Source: Lama glama (Eukaryota). Taken from it: a stretch of 64,000 nt of DNA. Location of the stretch: assembly GCA_028534125.1 (NCBI GenBank), contig CM052816.1, positions 23,128,001-23,192,000 on the forward strand, written 5' to 3'. Positions 1-14,440 of the stretch are shown in pieces. Under the pieces are notes generated by a model. The model saw only the letters and a list, made by a program, of their open reading frames with translations, searched no databases and was not told the DNA's origin. Each line of letters opens with the position of its first letter. Position 1 is the first letter of the stretch. Both the position numbers and the translations under genes were made by a program.

Positions 1-197
1 TAGTATTACTGAGTGTTACTTGCTGGTAATATTCACACATTAGATGGCTTTTATGAGCTACTATTCATATTATTAGAATTTAAATCGGCCTTGCTCTATC
101 AAAAGTGATGTATTCAGAAGTTTGGGAAACTTTCCCTAAGAAACATCATATAAAAATCATAAGCAAGGCACTGGTATAAGTCTGCCTACTACTAAAG

Positions 198-408
198 CTG
201 TGTGTGTATGTGTACATATGTATGATTACAGACATGTACACAAACATATACATCTATAATTTTTTAGGTAAGTGACTATAAATGTAACATACATATATAA
301 CATATAATATACATATATATGTCACTCATTCAAATACACTCTCATATAAATTTGTATATAATACATATATATATAGTATACATATATATACATATACATC
401 TACACATA
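198..408. repeat. Low-complexity (TG)/(TA)/(CATATA) tract
   Basis: Visible dinucleotide runs. Confidence 0.8.
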
Positions 409-2239
409 AGGACATTTACTGCAGCAATTTTTTTCTAACAGTGACATTTTAAAAGCTGAGTTTATAAAAAGAGAAACAAGGTTAATTTCAAGTAATTTCC
501 CCTGCTAAAAGCATATTTTTCCATCTTTAAGAATCTACATAATATTACTAATGTGTAAATTTGTTCTCAGTGTATTTTGTAAAAGGTTAACATAATATCT
601 AAAGATTATATTCCTAAAAAAAAGGTTTACATAAGTCTAACGACATTTTTGACAACTAATTCCTCTGAAAAACTTTAATTTCTGATTCACATATAAGTAA
701 TCACTACAAATACTAAGAATGAGTTCACTTAGCAAGAGTCAAAAAGAGATCACTCACATCTTAAATAATTCAATACTCAGAAATCCATCTCACATGTGTA
801 CTAAAGATTCAGGTTTCTTTTTTAAAAAGCAAGCAGCATGTCGTCCTACAGTCCTTTAGATCCAGAAAATAGGAATAAATCTCATACACCTTTGTCCACA
901 GACCACACACAGCACTGTAGGCAGTGAGAATATACCATCTCCTCAAGGCCTAAAGTAACCCAAACTGGCAAAGGAATTCAGAACATTTCTATTTCATGTT
1001 GAGCCTTTAAAGAACGCTTTCAATGGCATTATGATCTGATTAGCATAAACTACTTAGAATCTAAGATAATGTATTGAGATCATACTTTCTTTAATAGTTC
1101 TATAACTCAGATAACAGAAAACGGTCCCAAGTGAATGGGAGTAAGATCTGCCACTATGATAGGAAACAGAATCATCAGAACTTAAGATACGTTTGATCTT
1201 TATATCTTCATATCCTCAGGCTTTATCATCTCATCTTGAGGCAGCACTTACAAAAAGATTTCCCATCTTAATTGATATTACCGGCTCTGCATTAAAAAGC
1301 TATGAGCACCTTGATTTTCTGCCTATCATCTTCAATACCAGTGAAGATTACTCATGTCTCAAATGGAAATTGGCAATCACCATAATAAAGTTCATGACAT
1401 GGCATAAATTCAAAGTATTATTCATAGAGAGTAAGACTTTTTATATTCTAAGTCTTCACTTAGCAATATATTTTGCCTTTTTAATCTGAAAAACTCCTTC
1501 TATGATAGTCTAGTAGTACCATTGAACCTACACTTACACAAGCAGGTAGGCAGATGTGGTTTTTAATCCACAGCATCTGTCTTAATATTACATATTGTTA
1601 TTTGGAGAGAAAAATTCAAAGTATGGAACTTCTAGGTCTGTTTCATTCTTCAAGTTATATGTGGAGATACCTGACTCTAGATGCAAAACAGTGCTTGGAG
1701 GAAATAAGTAAAAAATGTAAATTTCTATTTAAATGCTGGAAAATTAGAGTCTTAAACATTCACAGTAAGAGTCTTTTGACAAGAAGGTGAACACAGCCTA
1801 ATGATCAGTGTGACCTGAAGCTCAACGAAGTGACTGCTATGGCATCTTGAAAAACTTACACCCAAGGGCGGATGAGACAGAAACCAAAAAGCGAGTAAGA
1901 AAGCAAGCAAGAGAGAGAATTCCAAATGAAGGAGGCCGTTTCCCCCAAGGGAAAAAGGAAGGCTGTGTACAATGTGGTTACTGAGGTCGCCCTCGAAGGA
2001 CAGTCTACATAAATGGGAGAGAAGAGGATTTCAGGCTCAGGGAACAACGTAAGCCAGACCACAGTGTCAGGAAAGTGTAAGGGATGCGGAAGGGAGGATG
2101 AAGACTCTACGCAGAATGAGCGTATGGGACAATGTGAGGGTGGAACAGAGCAAGCCAGGAAGCTGATCGTTTGGGACCCTGCATACCATATACATCTTAA
2201 TTTTTTCTGGACTCTCATCATCTGTATTCCACTCTTATG

Positions 2240-2705
2240 TTTGAAGAATCCCCATCTTAGTCTGTAGTCTGTCAAAGCAGCAAGAGGAGGAACAGAGCCA
2301 CAGTCACAACCTTCCATAGAGCTAGGGTACAGAAATGAGACCAGGGATTTTCCCATCAGCCCCCCAGAGCCTGCAAGCTAGTGACATGGAGAGGCATAAG
2401 CAGGGAAGGCTGCTACCCTGCAAGGGTGGTGGCTGCTAAGGCAGCCACCCCTATTTCCTGTGCCTCCAGGGGGCAGTGTCTGGTGACAGGCCAGGTCTAT
2501 GCTCAGCCACGGGTGCATTTGACGCCACACCAGACAGGGGCTGGAGCATAATTCTGGGCCCCGTCCACGGCAGCCTAGCTTCAGCCTGGTTCTCTGGCTC
2601 TGCCAGAATTCTGGGAAATGTCCAAGATCCTTCAGTAAGTCCCCTTCTGTATAAATTCTCCAGAGGTGGTACTTTTGCTTTCAAACAAGAATCCTGACTG
2701 ATGTG
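2240..2705 (+). mobile_element. Old ERVL/MaLR-class solo LTR (LTR16/LTR33-like)
   Basis: GC-richer block ending ttgctttcaaacaagaatcctgactgat, a typical 3' end for these LTRs. Confidence 0.45.
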
Positions 2706-5700
2706 TCATGCAAAAGTGCTTGACTTTAGTTTGCAGGATATGTAGACCAAAAGTCAATCAGAGGCAAAGTAATCTTCCCCAAATATGGGGGTGATTTAGA
2801 AGTGTTGTATCTTTTTATAAAGTTGATCAAGTTTTCCCAAAATTCTACATAAGGACATATGTATTATCTAATTAAGGGTTAAAAATAATATGACTATAGT
2901 TTATCTTTTAAGTATTAGTACTTCGTTGGCACTTGTAAATCCTAATTTTTTTTAAACCTTTCCTCTAGTTATTTCTTTGGCCAAAAACTATCTTCTGAAT
3001 CAACAAATAAGAAGTTGTCTCCTGTTCAAAGAACTGTTTAGTCAGAACTTCTCTGCAGCAATCTGCTTTTAAAAACTATTGAACAGGACAGTTTCCTGCA
3101 GCAACTTTGCAGATGAATACCGTCTAAACAGTGGTCAGTGACTGCTGAGCTATGTAAGTCAGCCCCTAAATGTGGCAGCTGCAGTTCAGTCTGAGAGCTG
3201 CAAACGCTGCGGTGCAACACTTACTTTGAAAATGCAGTACTGCCGTGCGGTTGACTTAGAATTTAGTTAAAAAGTAAATCAAACGGGTATCCTGATCTCA
3301 TTTCCAAGCACAACAATTTTTCCATCCATTCTTCTTTTCTGTTCAAGCAATTCTGTTTGTGGAGAACTTCCCTTATGTGGCTATTTGTTGTCCCTGTTAT
3401 GGATAAATGAACTCTGAAAATGCAAAGAGTGCCAAGTGAGTATTTTGTCCAAGTGACAGACTGTTAAGAACCAACCTTTTAATTGGATGAATGACACAGT
3501 GGCCTCAAAAGCAATGTCTGTCCTTATTAATTTGGCACAAGATATGACTGAGTGTTCTGAGGTAAGGCTCTGTAGTGAGTGTAATTTAGGGACACAGAAT
3601 AAAGATACAGACTGACAAAAATAAACCTCTTCTTTGATTTCCTTATTTCATATTTCACTTAGGACTAGATGTGCCAACTAGGAGGAAAAATGACACACAA
3701 TTAGACAGCCTCTTTCATGGCTGTGATCAGAAAGAGATTATTTCAACATTAAAGGGACTGCTCAAAATATTTTAGAAAGTCCACCTCAGAAATGAATTTG
3801 AATATTTAAATTAAAATTTTCTCACAATAAAAAAAGAGGTAAGTGCACAAGAGAAAACAAGCTGTAACCAAGGAAATTTTATCTTTACTAGAAATGTACC
3901 TCTTAGCACAGTAATTAAAATAGCTCTTTCTAGTAGTCCGTTTTCTTTTTATAGCCCTGCTCAGTATGATTCATGTAATGTGAGGGTCTAATTTTTATTA
4001 TGAGTAAGAATTTCTTTCTGTATTTCTAAGCACCACCTTTAAACTACATGCTCCTAGGGTGGTGCAATTATGCTCCCAAACAGGTTGTTAACAGTGCACC
4101 TCCTTCCAGCTGTCAAAGCTAAGCCTCTTAGAGCAACCTGTTTTCCCATCGCCTCTCTTCTCTCAGCTTTTATGTATATCAGGCCATTACTGGAAAATTT
4201 AAAAAGTCAGTATCATTTTTGAAAACAAAGTAAAATATCTAAGTTTAATTTTATCTTCTCCAAGAACCAACATGGAGCCTTTTCTCACACTCAAGTACCA
4301 ATGAACAACCCGTCTGGATGACAAATAAAAGCTTTCTATCCGCTTTTCCAACTCCAGTTTCTCCTCTAGAATTCTCCATACACTATACTTCAGTGATCTT
4401 CCTAAATGTAATCATGGAACGTCACTACTGAAGAACATACAATAGCGCCCACTGCAATAAATACAAATTCTTCTATATTGACTATTTGCCCACTACCTAG
4501 CAATAAACCCAGCAGTTTTTTTTTTCATTTCCCCACATGAAAAAGCACTCTAACTTCCATTAAGCAGGGTACCCACAGTATTTTCCATGTTAATACAGTC
4601 TTAAGAGTAACAGAGTACAATGTACTGTCCTTCAAGTCCTAATCACATTGCAATATATAATTTATATGCTGACTTGAGGTAATAACTTATACTCCACTTT
4701 TATCCCACTCCTTTTATACAGCATTATGTCATAAGTATTTTTCTATAGTAAATGTAGGAAATCATTTCTGAAGGCTGTCTGTAATTCTGTCACAGGGTAT
4801 ACAATAACCATTTCCCTCTATCCTCTGTATCATCTCACATATTAAATATTACACACAAATCTAAAATCATCTCTACTTCCCTTAGGGTAAATGACTGAAA
4901 GTGAAATTACCAGCACAAAGGATAGATTACTAATAGCCAACATTGAAAATTTGAAATCAACTTTGATATTTTAAGTGACCATTTCATACAAACATCAAGA
5001 AAAAGCATTAAAAGCTAGAGTTTAAGAGTTTCAAAATCAATATTTTTAAAGGAATTAAAATGCTAGATACATGTTCTAAATTTTAGAAATAAGTTGATAC
5101 CATATATAAACATATTCAAAATCATTCTCCCAAAGACATTTAAGATTATATGAAAGAAGGCAGGGATTAATGATAAATGTAGCTAGGGTAAATAAATCCC
5201 ATTTGGTGGGTATATTTATCATTGCCTATATTTGGAAGTTTAGATGATTTTTATATGCTTAAAATGATGGCTCACTGAATTAAGAAACTGAGTGACTTTT
5301 GGTTGTGCCTAATCTACATACAAGTACAATTAACTGAAGTAACATCATGTGGGAGTGTTTAAAGGCTGTTCTTAATAAATATAATGTTAGGTAAACTTTA
5401 CTCCCTTCTCTATTTAGCTTTTTACATTAATATTTAGCTGCAAAATTCTGTCATTAACATGAAGTATTTCTTAAACTATATTTTCCAGTATTTTTTTAAT
5501 AATTGGTGTGTATTTCCAAAGGAGAGCATTGAGCAAGCATGGACTGAAACAGCTGTCATGCTGACCAAATTTAACAGCCTCATGTTAAGTTCAAAACATT
5601 CCTCATCCTGCCAGGGAATGGCCTCCTACTGCTCTACGAATCACAGGCTCATGGAATGGATGCTCCTTTGAGGCCCTCCAGGCTAACGCTTACTCAGTCA

Positions 5701-6364
5701 GAGTTTGGACCAGATCATTTGAGTCTGCATTCAGCTCTAACCTTCATTTGACAGCTCAACAGCCATGTCATGCTCTAATCACAGAAGAGGTTATTATGAG
5801 ACATTTATCTTCACATTTTAGTGTCTCTTTATAAATTTTTATCACTCTATGGTTCATAAAGTATTTTCAGATTCATTATTTCAAGTAACTGTCACAATCC
5901 AATAGGAAATGCACAAAATCTATTATTATTCCTCTTTTAGAGGTGATTCAGAAAGACAAGGTGATGAACTGGCTGATGTCAAAGCTAACATAAATACCTC
6001 TGCCTCCTCATTTCCAGGCCAGTCAACATTCCACTGTCCCTCCTAACATTCTCGGGTCATTTAGGCAAAAGTAATCTTATTGCTTAACATGACGTGTCAT
6101 TCACCACCTCAGAACTACATAAGAGCCTAAGAAATCTCAATAGGTATTTTTCGTAAGACTTTTCCTTGTTTAAATAACAATTAATATATAAAATCTATTT
6201 CAGAATTAACACAAGAATTTCCTGGGATACATAGAAAAATTATTGCATTTAATATTCACAAACTACAACATGAAAGGTGTCAGCCCACTGAAGCTGAGGC
6301 TGGACTTGAATATGCAAAGGTTCTAAACCATTGGTTATTGTCAAACCTTAGTTAATAGTGCAGG

Positions 6365-6817
6365 TATGAGGGTTAATATTCTGTGTCAACTTATAGGCTA
6401 TGATGCCCAACTGTTTGGTCAAACAGCAATCTATATATTGCTATGAAGGTTTTTTTTAGCTGTGATTAACATTTAAATCAGTAAACTTTGAGTAAAGCAA
6501 ATTACCCCTCACAGTGCGGACAAGCCTCATCCAATCACTTGAAGGCTTTCAGAGACAAGAATGAGGTCTTCCAAAGAGCCAACAAGAAAAGAATTCTCCC
6601 CCCAGATTGCTTTCAGATTTGAGCGGCAACATCAATCAACTCTTGCGAGAATTTCCAGCCTGCCAGCCTTCCTTGTAGATTTTGGACTTGCCAGCCCCCA
6701 AATCGTGAGAACCAATTCCTTAACGTCTCCAGATAGATAGATAGACAGGCAGGCAGGCAGGCAGGCAAGACAGACATCCTACTGGTTCTGTTTCTCTAGA
6801 GAACACTAATTCATACA
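6365..6817 (+). mobile_element. MLT2-family (ERVL) solo LTR containing a (GATA)n(GGCA)n microsatellite
   Basis: Starts tatgagggttaatattctgtgtcaactt and ends ttctgtttctctagagaacactaattcataca, matching recalled MLT2 termini. Confidence 0.85.
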
Positions 6818-6839
6818 CTAGGTTAGATTTATCAACACG

Positions 6840-7268
6840 TACTTCCAAGCTCCTTCTCCTTCTCTTTCTTCTGACTCTGGAAGCTACACGTATTCCATTG
6901 ACCTACCTTTATTGCAGTCACAGATGGCTACGTGACATAATTCTAACCAGCGATATGCAAGCAGAAGTCTATGGGGAGGATTTCCAGCCTGAACAAAGGA
7001 CTAAACTCATGCTAGGAGAAAGTCTTTCCCATTCCTGTCTGGAACTAGGATGAGATTCTTACCAGGGCCTGAAATCTTTGAGCATGAGAACAAAGCCAAC
7101 ACTCGAAGCAAAAGAAGAGCAAAAAGACAGTAAAAGCACGGGACTATGATGCATCACTGAGGACCCACTTAGTCATGGCTCACCTACACATCTGGAAAAC
7201 TGACAGACAAAAGCCAGCATAGCCAAGTTCCTTGTTTTCTTTAGTTAAACACATGATTATCTGACACA
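6840..7268 (+). mobile_element. Old MaLR LTR (MLT1J/K-like)
   Basis: gatggctacgtgacataattctaaccagcgatatgcaagcagaagtc resembles the MLT1 core. Confidence 0.55.
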
Positions 7269-9429
7269 GTAACTTGTAAAATGACTTTCATATATATACC
7301 CAAGTATTTATAGCATTAAACTGGTACACATTTGTTTTCTTATGAAAAGTAAAAGTTCAGTGAAAAGTACTTTTTAAAATTAAAAATATTAAAAGCCCAG
7401 GTATAATTTATTAAGCACCTAATGATTTCCTTAATTAAAATTTGAGATGATAAGTGAGTATTCTCTTTCCAAGGCCTCATTTACAACTATGCTAGAAGAA
7501 ATCAGCTGATACCCACAAAACAAGACTAAGTCAGTTTGCCCATAGGTACAAAGACGGGTAGAACATCAATAAATAAGAATAAAGCTAAAATTTCAGGCTA
7601 GATATATTTTTCACAAATATACATGTTTTAGATTGTTTGCATAGCTGCACAAAATAAAAGCTGTTTTCAGTGGATTTTTGAAAATGAAAACTTTTTTTTT
7701 TTGCCAGTTAGCAGGATATATGAGCCTAAAAAATGTTACAGGCAGGTTGTAATAAGATCATGGAGGCTGGGACAGAGGCAATTTTAAGTGAAATGGACTG
7801 GAAAGACTGAGGCACAGTGAACCAGATTTTGAATACAGCTGTTTTCAAAGAGTACACTAAGATGACCTAGTGGCCTAAGGGTTCTGGAATTCCAAGACCT
7901 TACTTTAACTGGGAGGCTATAAGAAATTCTCAATTCCTGGTGGTAAAAGAGGACTGTCATTCACACTTTTCAGGGTCCATCTGTCATCCCTTGTCTGTAG
8001 TCTTGGCACAGCTTTCTGTCAACAGTTCGTTTCTTAGGCAGACACTGACAAAGCTTTACATGGGTAGGCCCCCGGTGCCCTCTTTTGCTGCTGTGACCCA
8101 GGCGAGGCCAGCTGGACCACCAGGCTCTCAGGGCATCATGCACAGCACAGGTGGGCTCATGCCTTCTCTATGTGTGGAGAACTGACCTACCTACTCTTCA
8201 AGGTTAAAATCAACTTCTCCATGGAAACCTTCCTGCCAGCGCTTCAGAGCTCCCAGTGATGGCTCCTCTTAAACAGGTACAGTGTTTGTCCATGTATAAC
8301 TCATCAACTCCAGGCTTACTTCCACACTATGAACATTCTCGTGGAGCTATTCCTCTTTCCAGCAGCACTCTCAGCTCTTCGAGAGAAGAACAATGCATGG
8401 AATCTTATACTTGGTAAGTGCTTCGAATACACTCGTTTCGATATGGTCTGATATCCTGATATTTCTACTGTATAACTTTACATTTCATCTAACTCTAAGA
8501 AGGAGCTGTATCTTACTAAAGCTGTTATCTGAAGCACCACCTTTATTTTCATGTTCTATCTGTAGCTAAGCATACAGTTGGCATCCAACCCAAGCCAGCG
8601 TACTCTGATAATCTCATAAAGATGGTAACGACCCCACTTACCTGTAGGGATTTTCCCAAGAATTTATTAACAATATAAGTTCATGTAAAAGTCACCCCAG
8701 AAACTAATAATTATGAAACACTCATATGAAAAATCTCAGAAATGATAAGAGTTTCTAGAGTGTTAGCTCTTTTTGAAAAAACATACTTAACTATTCCTGA
8801 TGAATTTCCTCTGTGTGTGTTTCCCTGAGAAGTAAATGAGAAACCTTCATTCTAACATAAACTAATTATCATAATAAGAAATACTCTCAAGATAAAATGA
8901 GGTCTCAGAACATACCCCAACAATTGAAATTCTGGTGTGATGCATATGCCCATGTGCACTTTGTTCTTAAATAGTACAGCTGAAAACCAATTTAGATAAA
9001 ACTGACAGCCTACATTTTCATTCTTGCCCTGGGGTAGAGGAAAATACACAATTTTCTGTTTCCACTGAAAATGAAAACATTATTGTTAGTTATTTTCCCT
9101 GTAAACCTAAGTGCTAAGGACTGGAAGGGCTGTAACAGTTTCGGTCCCTTTCATTCACTCTGCACAGACCTCTTCTGGGAAGATTAAGAGACTCTTTATC
9201 TCTAACAGGTAACCACGTCTAGTGGAGAGAGCACTAAAATTGATGGCAGCACCTCTCCATTCTGGGTCTATACTGTCTGACCTTTGTGGCCCACCTCTTT
9301 GCTTTCCAATTTCCTCCTATTGAATATACTTGAACTTGTCTATTCCAATCTAACATCATAGTTTTAAAATAAAAATGAAATGTCATTCTTTGAATCCTTA
9401 GGCAGAACGTCAATGTAACATTTTGAGAA

Positions 9430-9620
9430 GAAGATGGTCTTTGGAATCAAATAAACCAGAGTTCAAAGCTAGACTCTGACAGCTCTCTAGCTGTGTGAAC
9501 TTCAGCCAGTTACTATACTGCTCTGAGCCTGTCGCCTGCTTCTAGCATAAAGCAAAGGAAACACTATCCCACTTACAGCCCAGTATAGTGCTTGGTATAC
9601 AACTAATGATCAATAGTTTA
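9430..9620 (+). mobile_element. MIR SINE
   Basis: ctttggaatcaaataaaccagagttcaaa...ctagctgtgtgaacttcagccagttact...ctctgagcct (MIR core). Confidence 0.7.
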
Positions 9621-12600
9621 CTTTTATAGCTATAGATAAACATAAGCCAACTTGATGCTTATTTGGATTATAGACTATTGTTTATGAAATACTAGACAGT
9701 TCAAACATTTCCTGGCATACTTATTTATAACTAGAGAGAACAAAAATTAACAGAACCATACCAAGCTTCAGATCAACACTGGATGAGGTTGTCTACCCCA
9801 CTTTTTAAACTGCAGTAAGTTCTCGTTCTGGCTTCCATTTTCTCCACAAGTTATCTACCTTAACTGTTAAAATGATGCAGACTCATCCAACTTTACTTCA
9901 ACAGTAAGTACAGCATTCAAAGGGAACAAATCTGATCAAAATAGCTCCATACAATGAGGCCAGCATTCTCAACCAATTTTAAAAATAAAAGAAAATCTAA
10001 TTGATCCGGATCTAGATTAATCTGGCCAAGCCACATAAATTCTACTCTACAGAAAAAATATGACCAATAGGCTAATAAAAAGTATTTTCACAATTTTCTA
10101 ATATTCCAAAATCTGTGACTAATAAATGTATCCAAATTGGCCACAAGAATCAGATGCCACTAACATCACTCTTGATTCACCTTACCTAAGAAGTGTGGAG
10201 GTTGGCTGGAAAACTCGATACCCCAAAACACATGCATATAAACTGAAATTTAAAACTAGTATGGTGAAACAGAAAAACCAAAAAAAGGAATTCACCACTC
10301 AAAACCCTAAAAATGTTTTTTCACATGCTGTTTCCAACCACAAATCTCCCTCTGGACAAAGAATAAGATGAAAGAAAGGGCTCTTTAAAAAATAAAAGCA
10401 CAAACGCTCTACGTAATTAGGAACTGTCAGTATTAGGACTTACATACTTGACACCAAACTGGTAACTGCTATACAATCACACCTGGAAAGTCATGGAACA
10501 GATCTTCCACTATTTTCAGACACGTTTTACAACTGTCAGATCGGGTAAAATCAATTTCACTCATTATCAACTGTTTCCAAGCAGTTCTCCACATGATGTA
10601 CTGGACGCAATGGAACTCTGGTCTAATTCAAATCAGACTTAAATCCTGAGACTTGGATATTTTGAGCGTGTTTGTTAGGTCTAAATTCACATCTATGAAC
10701 ACAAAACCTACTTCATGTGACCCTTTGTTAAAATTGTCAAAACTGAATAAGTTGTCACATTTTCTCTGTTAATCTGGCAATTTAGTTTAACAAGAAAAAT
10801 GTAATCACCTTTGTAGTGTGTCCAGAATATTAGGTCACTGTAGATGTATTTGTTAGCTAAGGATTCATTTTAAAAATGGACCGAGGGAAAATAAAACCTG
10901 ATAGACAACACCACTTGAACACTATGAGCACTAGAAAACAAAGAAACATTAGGAATATCAAGAATAGACAATTAAAATTTAGTTAAGATTAAGAAAACTA
11001 GAACTTAGGTAATAAAAAAAGACAGAAAAATAAAATTTATTTAAATTAGCACCTTATAGGACCTCATGAAAATGCCTACCTTTACAGAGTTTGCTTCAAG
11101 AATTTTGTTTTATTATAGAAGTGTAATAATTATATTATAATAAGTATGTGTTTCAATTAATACAATACCATTCATTACATTGCTTAGGTTTCAATTTATG
11201 GTATGCTGTTAAATGCTCTTTCAATGAACAAATCAATTTTAATGGACTTGAAATTATTTTTATAACTGATTAAGTGTTATATAATCTATATGTAGAATTT
11301 ACTTGATTAAATATATAAATATTTTGGTAATGCATGTGTAACAAATGTGTGTAACTGCAAAAGTAATAATCAATATTACGTTTATAACCAATAAAAATAA
11401 ACATTCACAAATGCTACTTTAAAATATATTATCAGAAGAGAAAATACTGATTAACAAAAGTTATTTGATGATGGTGGGTCTTTCCAAAGTCAGGAGACAG
11501 TCTTGCTGGAATCTGATGGAACATAGTTTCATAAATCTTTAGGAATATTTAATAAAAAAGGGAAACCAAGACATGATATAGATCAAATATAAAAAATACA
11601 GAATTTTAAACCATAGGGTAAAGATATGAATCTTAATATAAGCAATTATATGGGGACAATGGATTTATATGCTATGAAATTAATCTAAAATTATCCTGCT
11701 CTAAATCTATTTGTAGCAGAAGCTCCCACAATGCAATTAATTAAGATACAAAACAGAGCTGTACGTTCGTAAATCCGAAACTCTAGTTTCACAAAGGAAG
11801 ACATGCATCTTAAGAATTCTGGAACACTCAACTGAGGTTTCGGACAGAAACCTTATAAAATGATTCTATGTTAAAGAATAACCTCCAGGTATTACAAATA
11901 ATGTCATGTAAATATGCAATTATCAACTAAATTTTCAAGAGAAATATAAAGACAAAATTCTATAATAAAACAAAATTCTTGAAGCAAACCATATAAATGT
12001 AGGCATTTTCATGGGGTCCTAAAAGGCAATAACTGAAATAAATTTTATTTTTCTGTCCTTTTTTCTTATCTAAGTTCTAGTTTTCTTAACTAAATTACCA
12101 ACTAAATTTTCAAGGAAAATATAAAGAACTTTGATCCACTGCCGAATAATACTGTGTAATAACATTCCACGCTCTATGCTTTAATGACCCAAAATGTGTC
12201 TTGTAATCCTATGGCAAAAATCTCCAAAAATAACATACTATATTGCATACAAGGTCTGGTAAATCACACAAAAAATGGAAGCCCAAAATTATAACTTAAC
12301 ATTTATTATGCTTTAAGCTCATTATCCACTTACTGGCCATTAAGTAATAAAGCACCCTGTGACTCCCTATTATTAAATCTGTCTTCACAAGCTCATTAAT
12401 AAATGTTTTAGGTATACAGACATATATATATGTATACTAAGTATAATATATATAATTGATATGTACATAATTAATATGTAATATAAGATGCTAACTAAAA
12501 TTTATTTTTACTTATATTATAGATACTTAATAAATAATATCAATAAATATTAAATGTGTTTTTAATATTACAATTTGCATGAAGATACCTTTCAGATCAC

Positions 12601-12829
12601 ACTATACATATCTAAAAAAATATCATGATTTTTGTTGCTCAAATACACATAGTTTTTTTAGAATATGAAAAAAGGAACATGAAGTTCCAAATAATTCATA
12701 CCACTCACCTCTTTAAAATCCTTTTTTAAGCCTTCTCATTCTCCTACTAAGCCTCTCTTCTGCCATCTGGCTCTGGACTATTTGGAACATTATTCTCATA
12801 CCAATTTCTTCCTGTATGTTTCTACTTCA

Positions 12830-13180
12830 ACCACATTGGCCTCCTGTCAGTTCCATACATACCTCAGGACCTTTGCACTAGCTACTTCCTTATCCTAGAT
12901 ATTTAACACTTCCCAGGTTCATTCTAATGCTTGGCCTCTGGACTCAAATGTAACCTCTTCCCAGAAATGTTCCTCAGTAAATTTATCTTAACAAGCCTCC
13001 ATATTTATTCTTTCCATCATCATCCTGCTCATTTATTTTCAGGATTTGTGATCGTCTATTTGTTTACTTTTTTATTGTCTACCTCCTTCTATAAGACCAT
13101 AGATTCCACACGGAGAACCTACCTGTCCCAGCATTCATCAGAGTATCTGATACACAAGAAGCATTCAATAAATGAATGAA
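12830..13180 (+). mobile_element. LINE-2 3' end
   Basis: cctcaggacctttgcactagct...cattcaataaatgaatgaa (L2 terminal TGAA repeats). Confidence 0.7.
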
Positions 13181-14019
13181 ACATACTTTTGAAAGCTAAT
13201 AATTTGGAGAGTCTGTCACTTTAAAAAAAAATCAGCAGTCTAGAAAATTAGCATATGCAAATTTGTCATGCAGCGGATTTCCCTTTTGTTCTCACATAAG
13301 TGCATGCAACTTCTCTTAAAATGATTCAATTGCTTTGAAATATGAGGCATTAAAATTAAAAAGAATGGAGTTTTTTTTTATTTTTTGAGAATGAGATTAT
13401 TTAATGGGAAGAAGGTACTGATATAAGAACAGCTCCAAGAAATACAGATTACTGAAAAAGCAACATTCAGACCAATGTGTATAATACGCTACAAAAATCT
13501 TTGTTTTGTTGTGACAAACAAAAATTGAGGAGTGGGGGGAATACAGTATGTATGTGTGTGTGTATGTATTTAGTCCCTCATGTAAGAGAAACTGTGGAAG
13601 AAAGAGTGGACAGTTTATAGGAGGAAGGTGACTCCAGGGAGATGGAAGACAGAACTTGGAAGATTTTTCACTGTATGTATTTTTATGTTTTTAGTTTTTT
13701 GAGCCATTTCATAATATTACTGGTTCAAACCACTGAATACAAATTAAATTTTAAATAATTTTAAAATAAACTACTAATCTCGATACACTAAATTTTAAAC
13801 AAACTAAACTCTTTCATCCTACGACTGTGATATGATTTGTCCTTTGTAATTTTAAACAATAACTGCTTCACCTACGAGTAAAGCCTGCTTTTAAAAAAAA
13901 GGCATTTATGCCATCTGATAATGCAATGGACCAACACCTTTGCCTGTATAACCTGGGAAAGTTGTTCAAACTATGTGGGCTTCACTTTTCTAGTAATTAC
14001 AAAGGGCTGAAAAGCCATA

Positions 14020-14440
14020 TATGATATGTGACCCCATCTCCTACCCCTTTTCCTCTCTGATCTCATATTTTACTAGTCTCCCAGCCCCTTCTCAACTCTG
14101 ATTTCCCTTCTGGCTAGTTTTTGACCTGCCAAGTACGACTCCCTGGGGACTTGTCCACCGACTGTTTCCGGCTGCAAAGCTTCTCCCTCAGACACCTGCA
14201 CGGCTCAAACACCATCTTCTCAGTAAGGCCCACCAAACCACCCTACTGACAACTGCACACCCAGCGCCCTGCATCCTTCTGCCTCTTCCCTGCTTACTTA
14301 TCATCTTTTCCCTCTAGAAAAGAAGTCGAGGACCTCTGCCTGTTTTTTCCTTCTTAGTGACTGCTGTAACTCCAGCACCTGGAAAAGTGCCTGGAGTAGT
14401 CGATGCTCAGTAAGCATTTGCTGAATAAATGAATGATGAA
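14020..14440 (+). mobile_element. LINE-2 3' end
   Basis: Ends cagcacctggaaaagtgcctgg...tgctcagtaagcatttgctgaataaatgaatga. Confidence 0.75.

Noticed and set aside
581..646. Imperfect short tandem duplication (aaaggttaacataatatctaa / aaaggtttacataagtctaa)
   Set aside because: Two degenerate AT-rich copies only, consistent with ordinary slippage. Not an array.
1856..2356. 166-aa minus-strand ORF and other short intronic or intergenic ORFs in the track
   Set aside because: No recognisable domains or convincing exon signals. Many overlap repeats and have lengths expected by chance.
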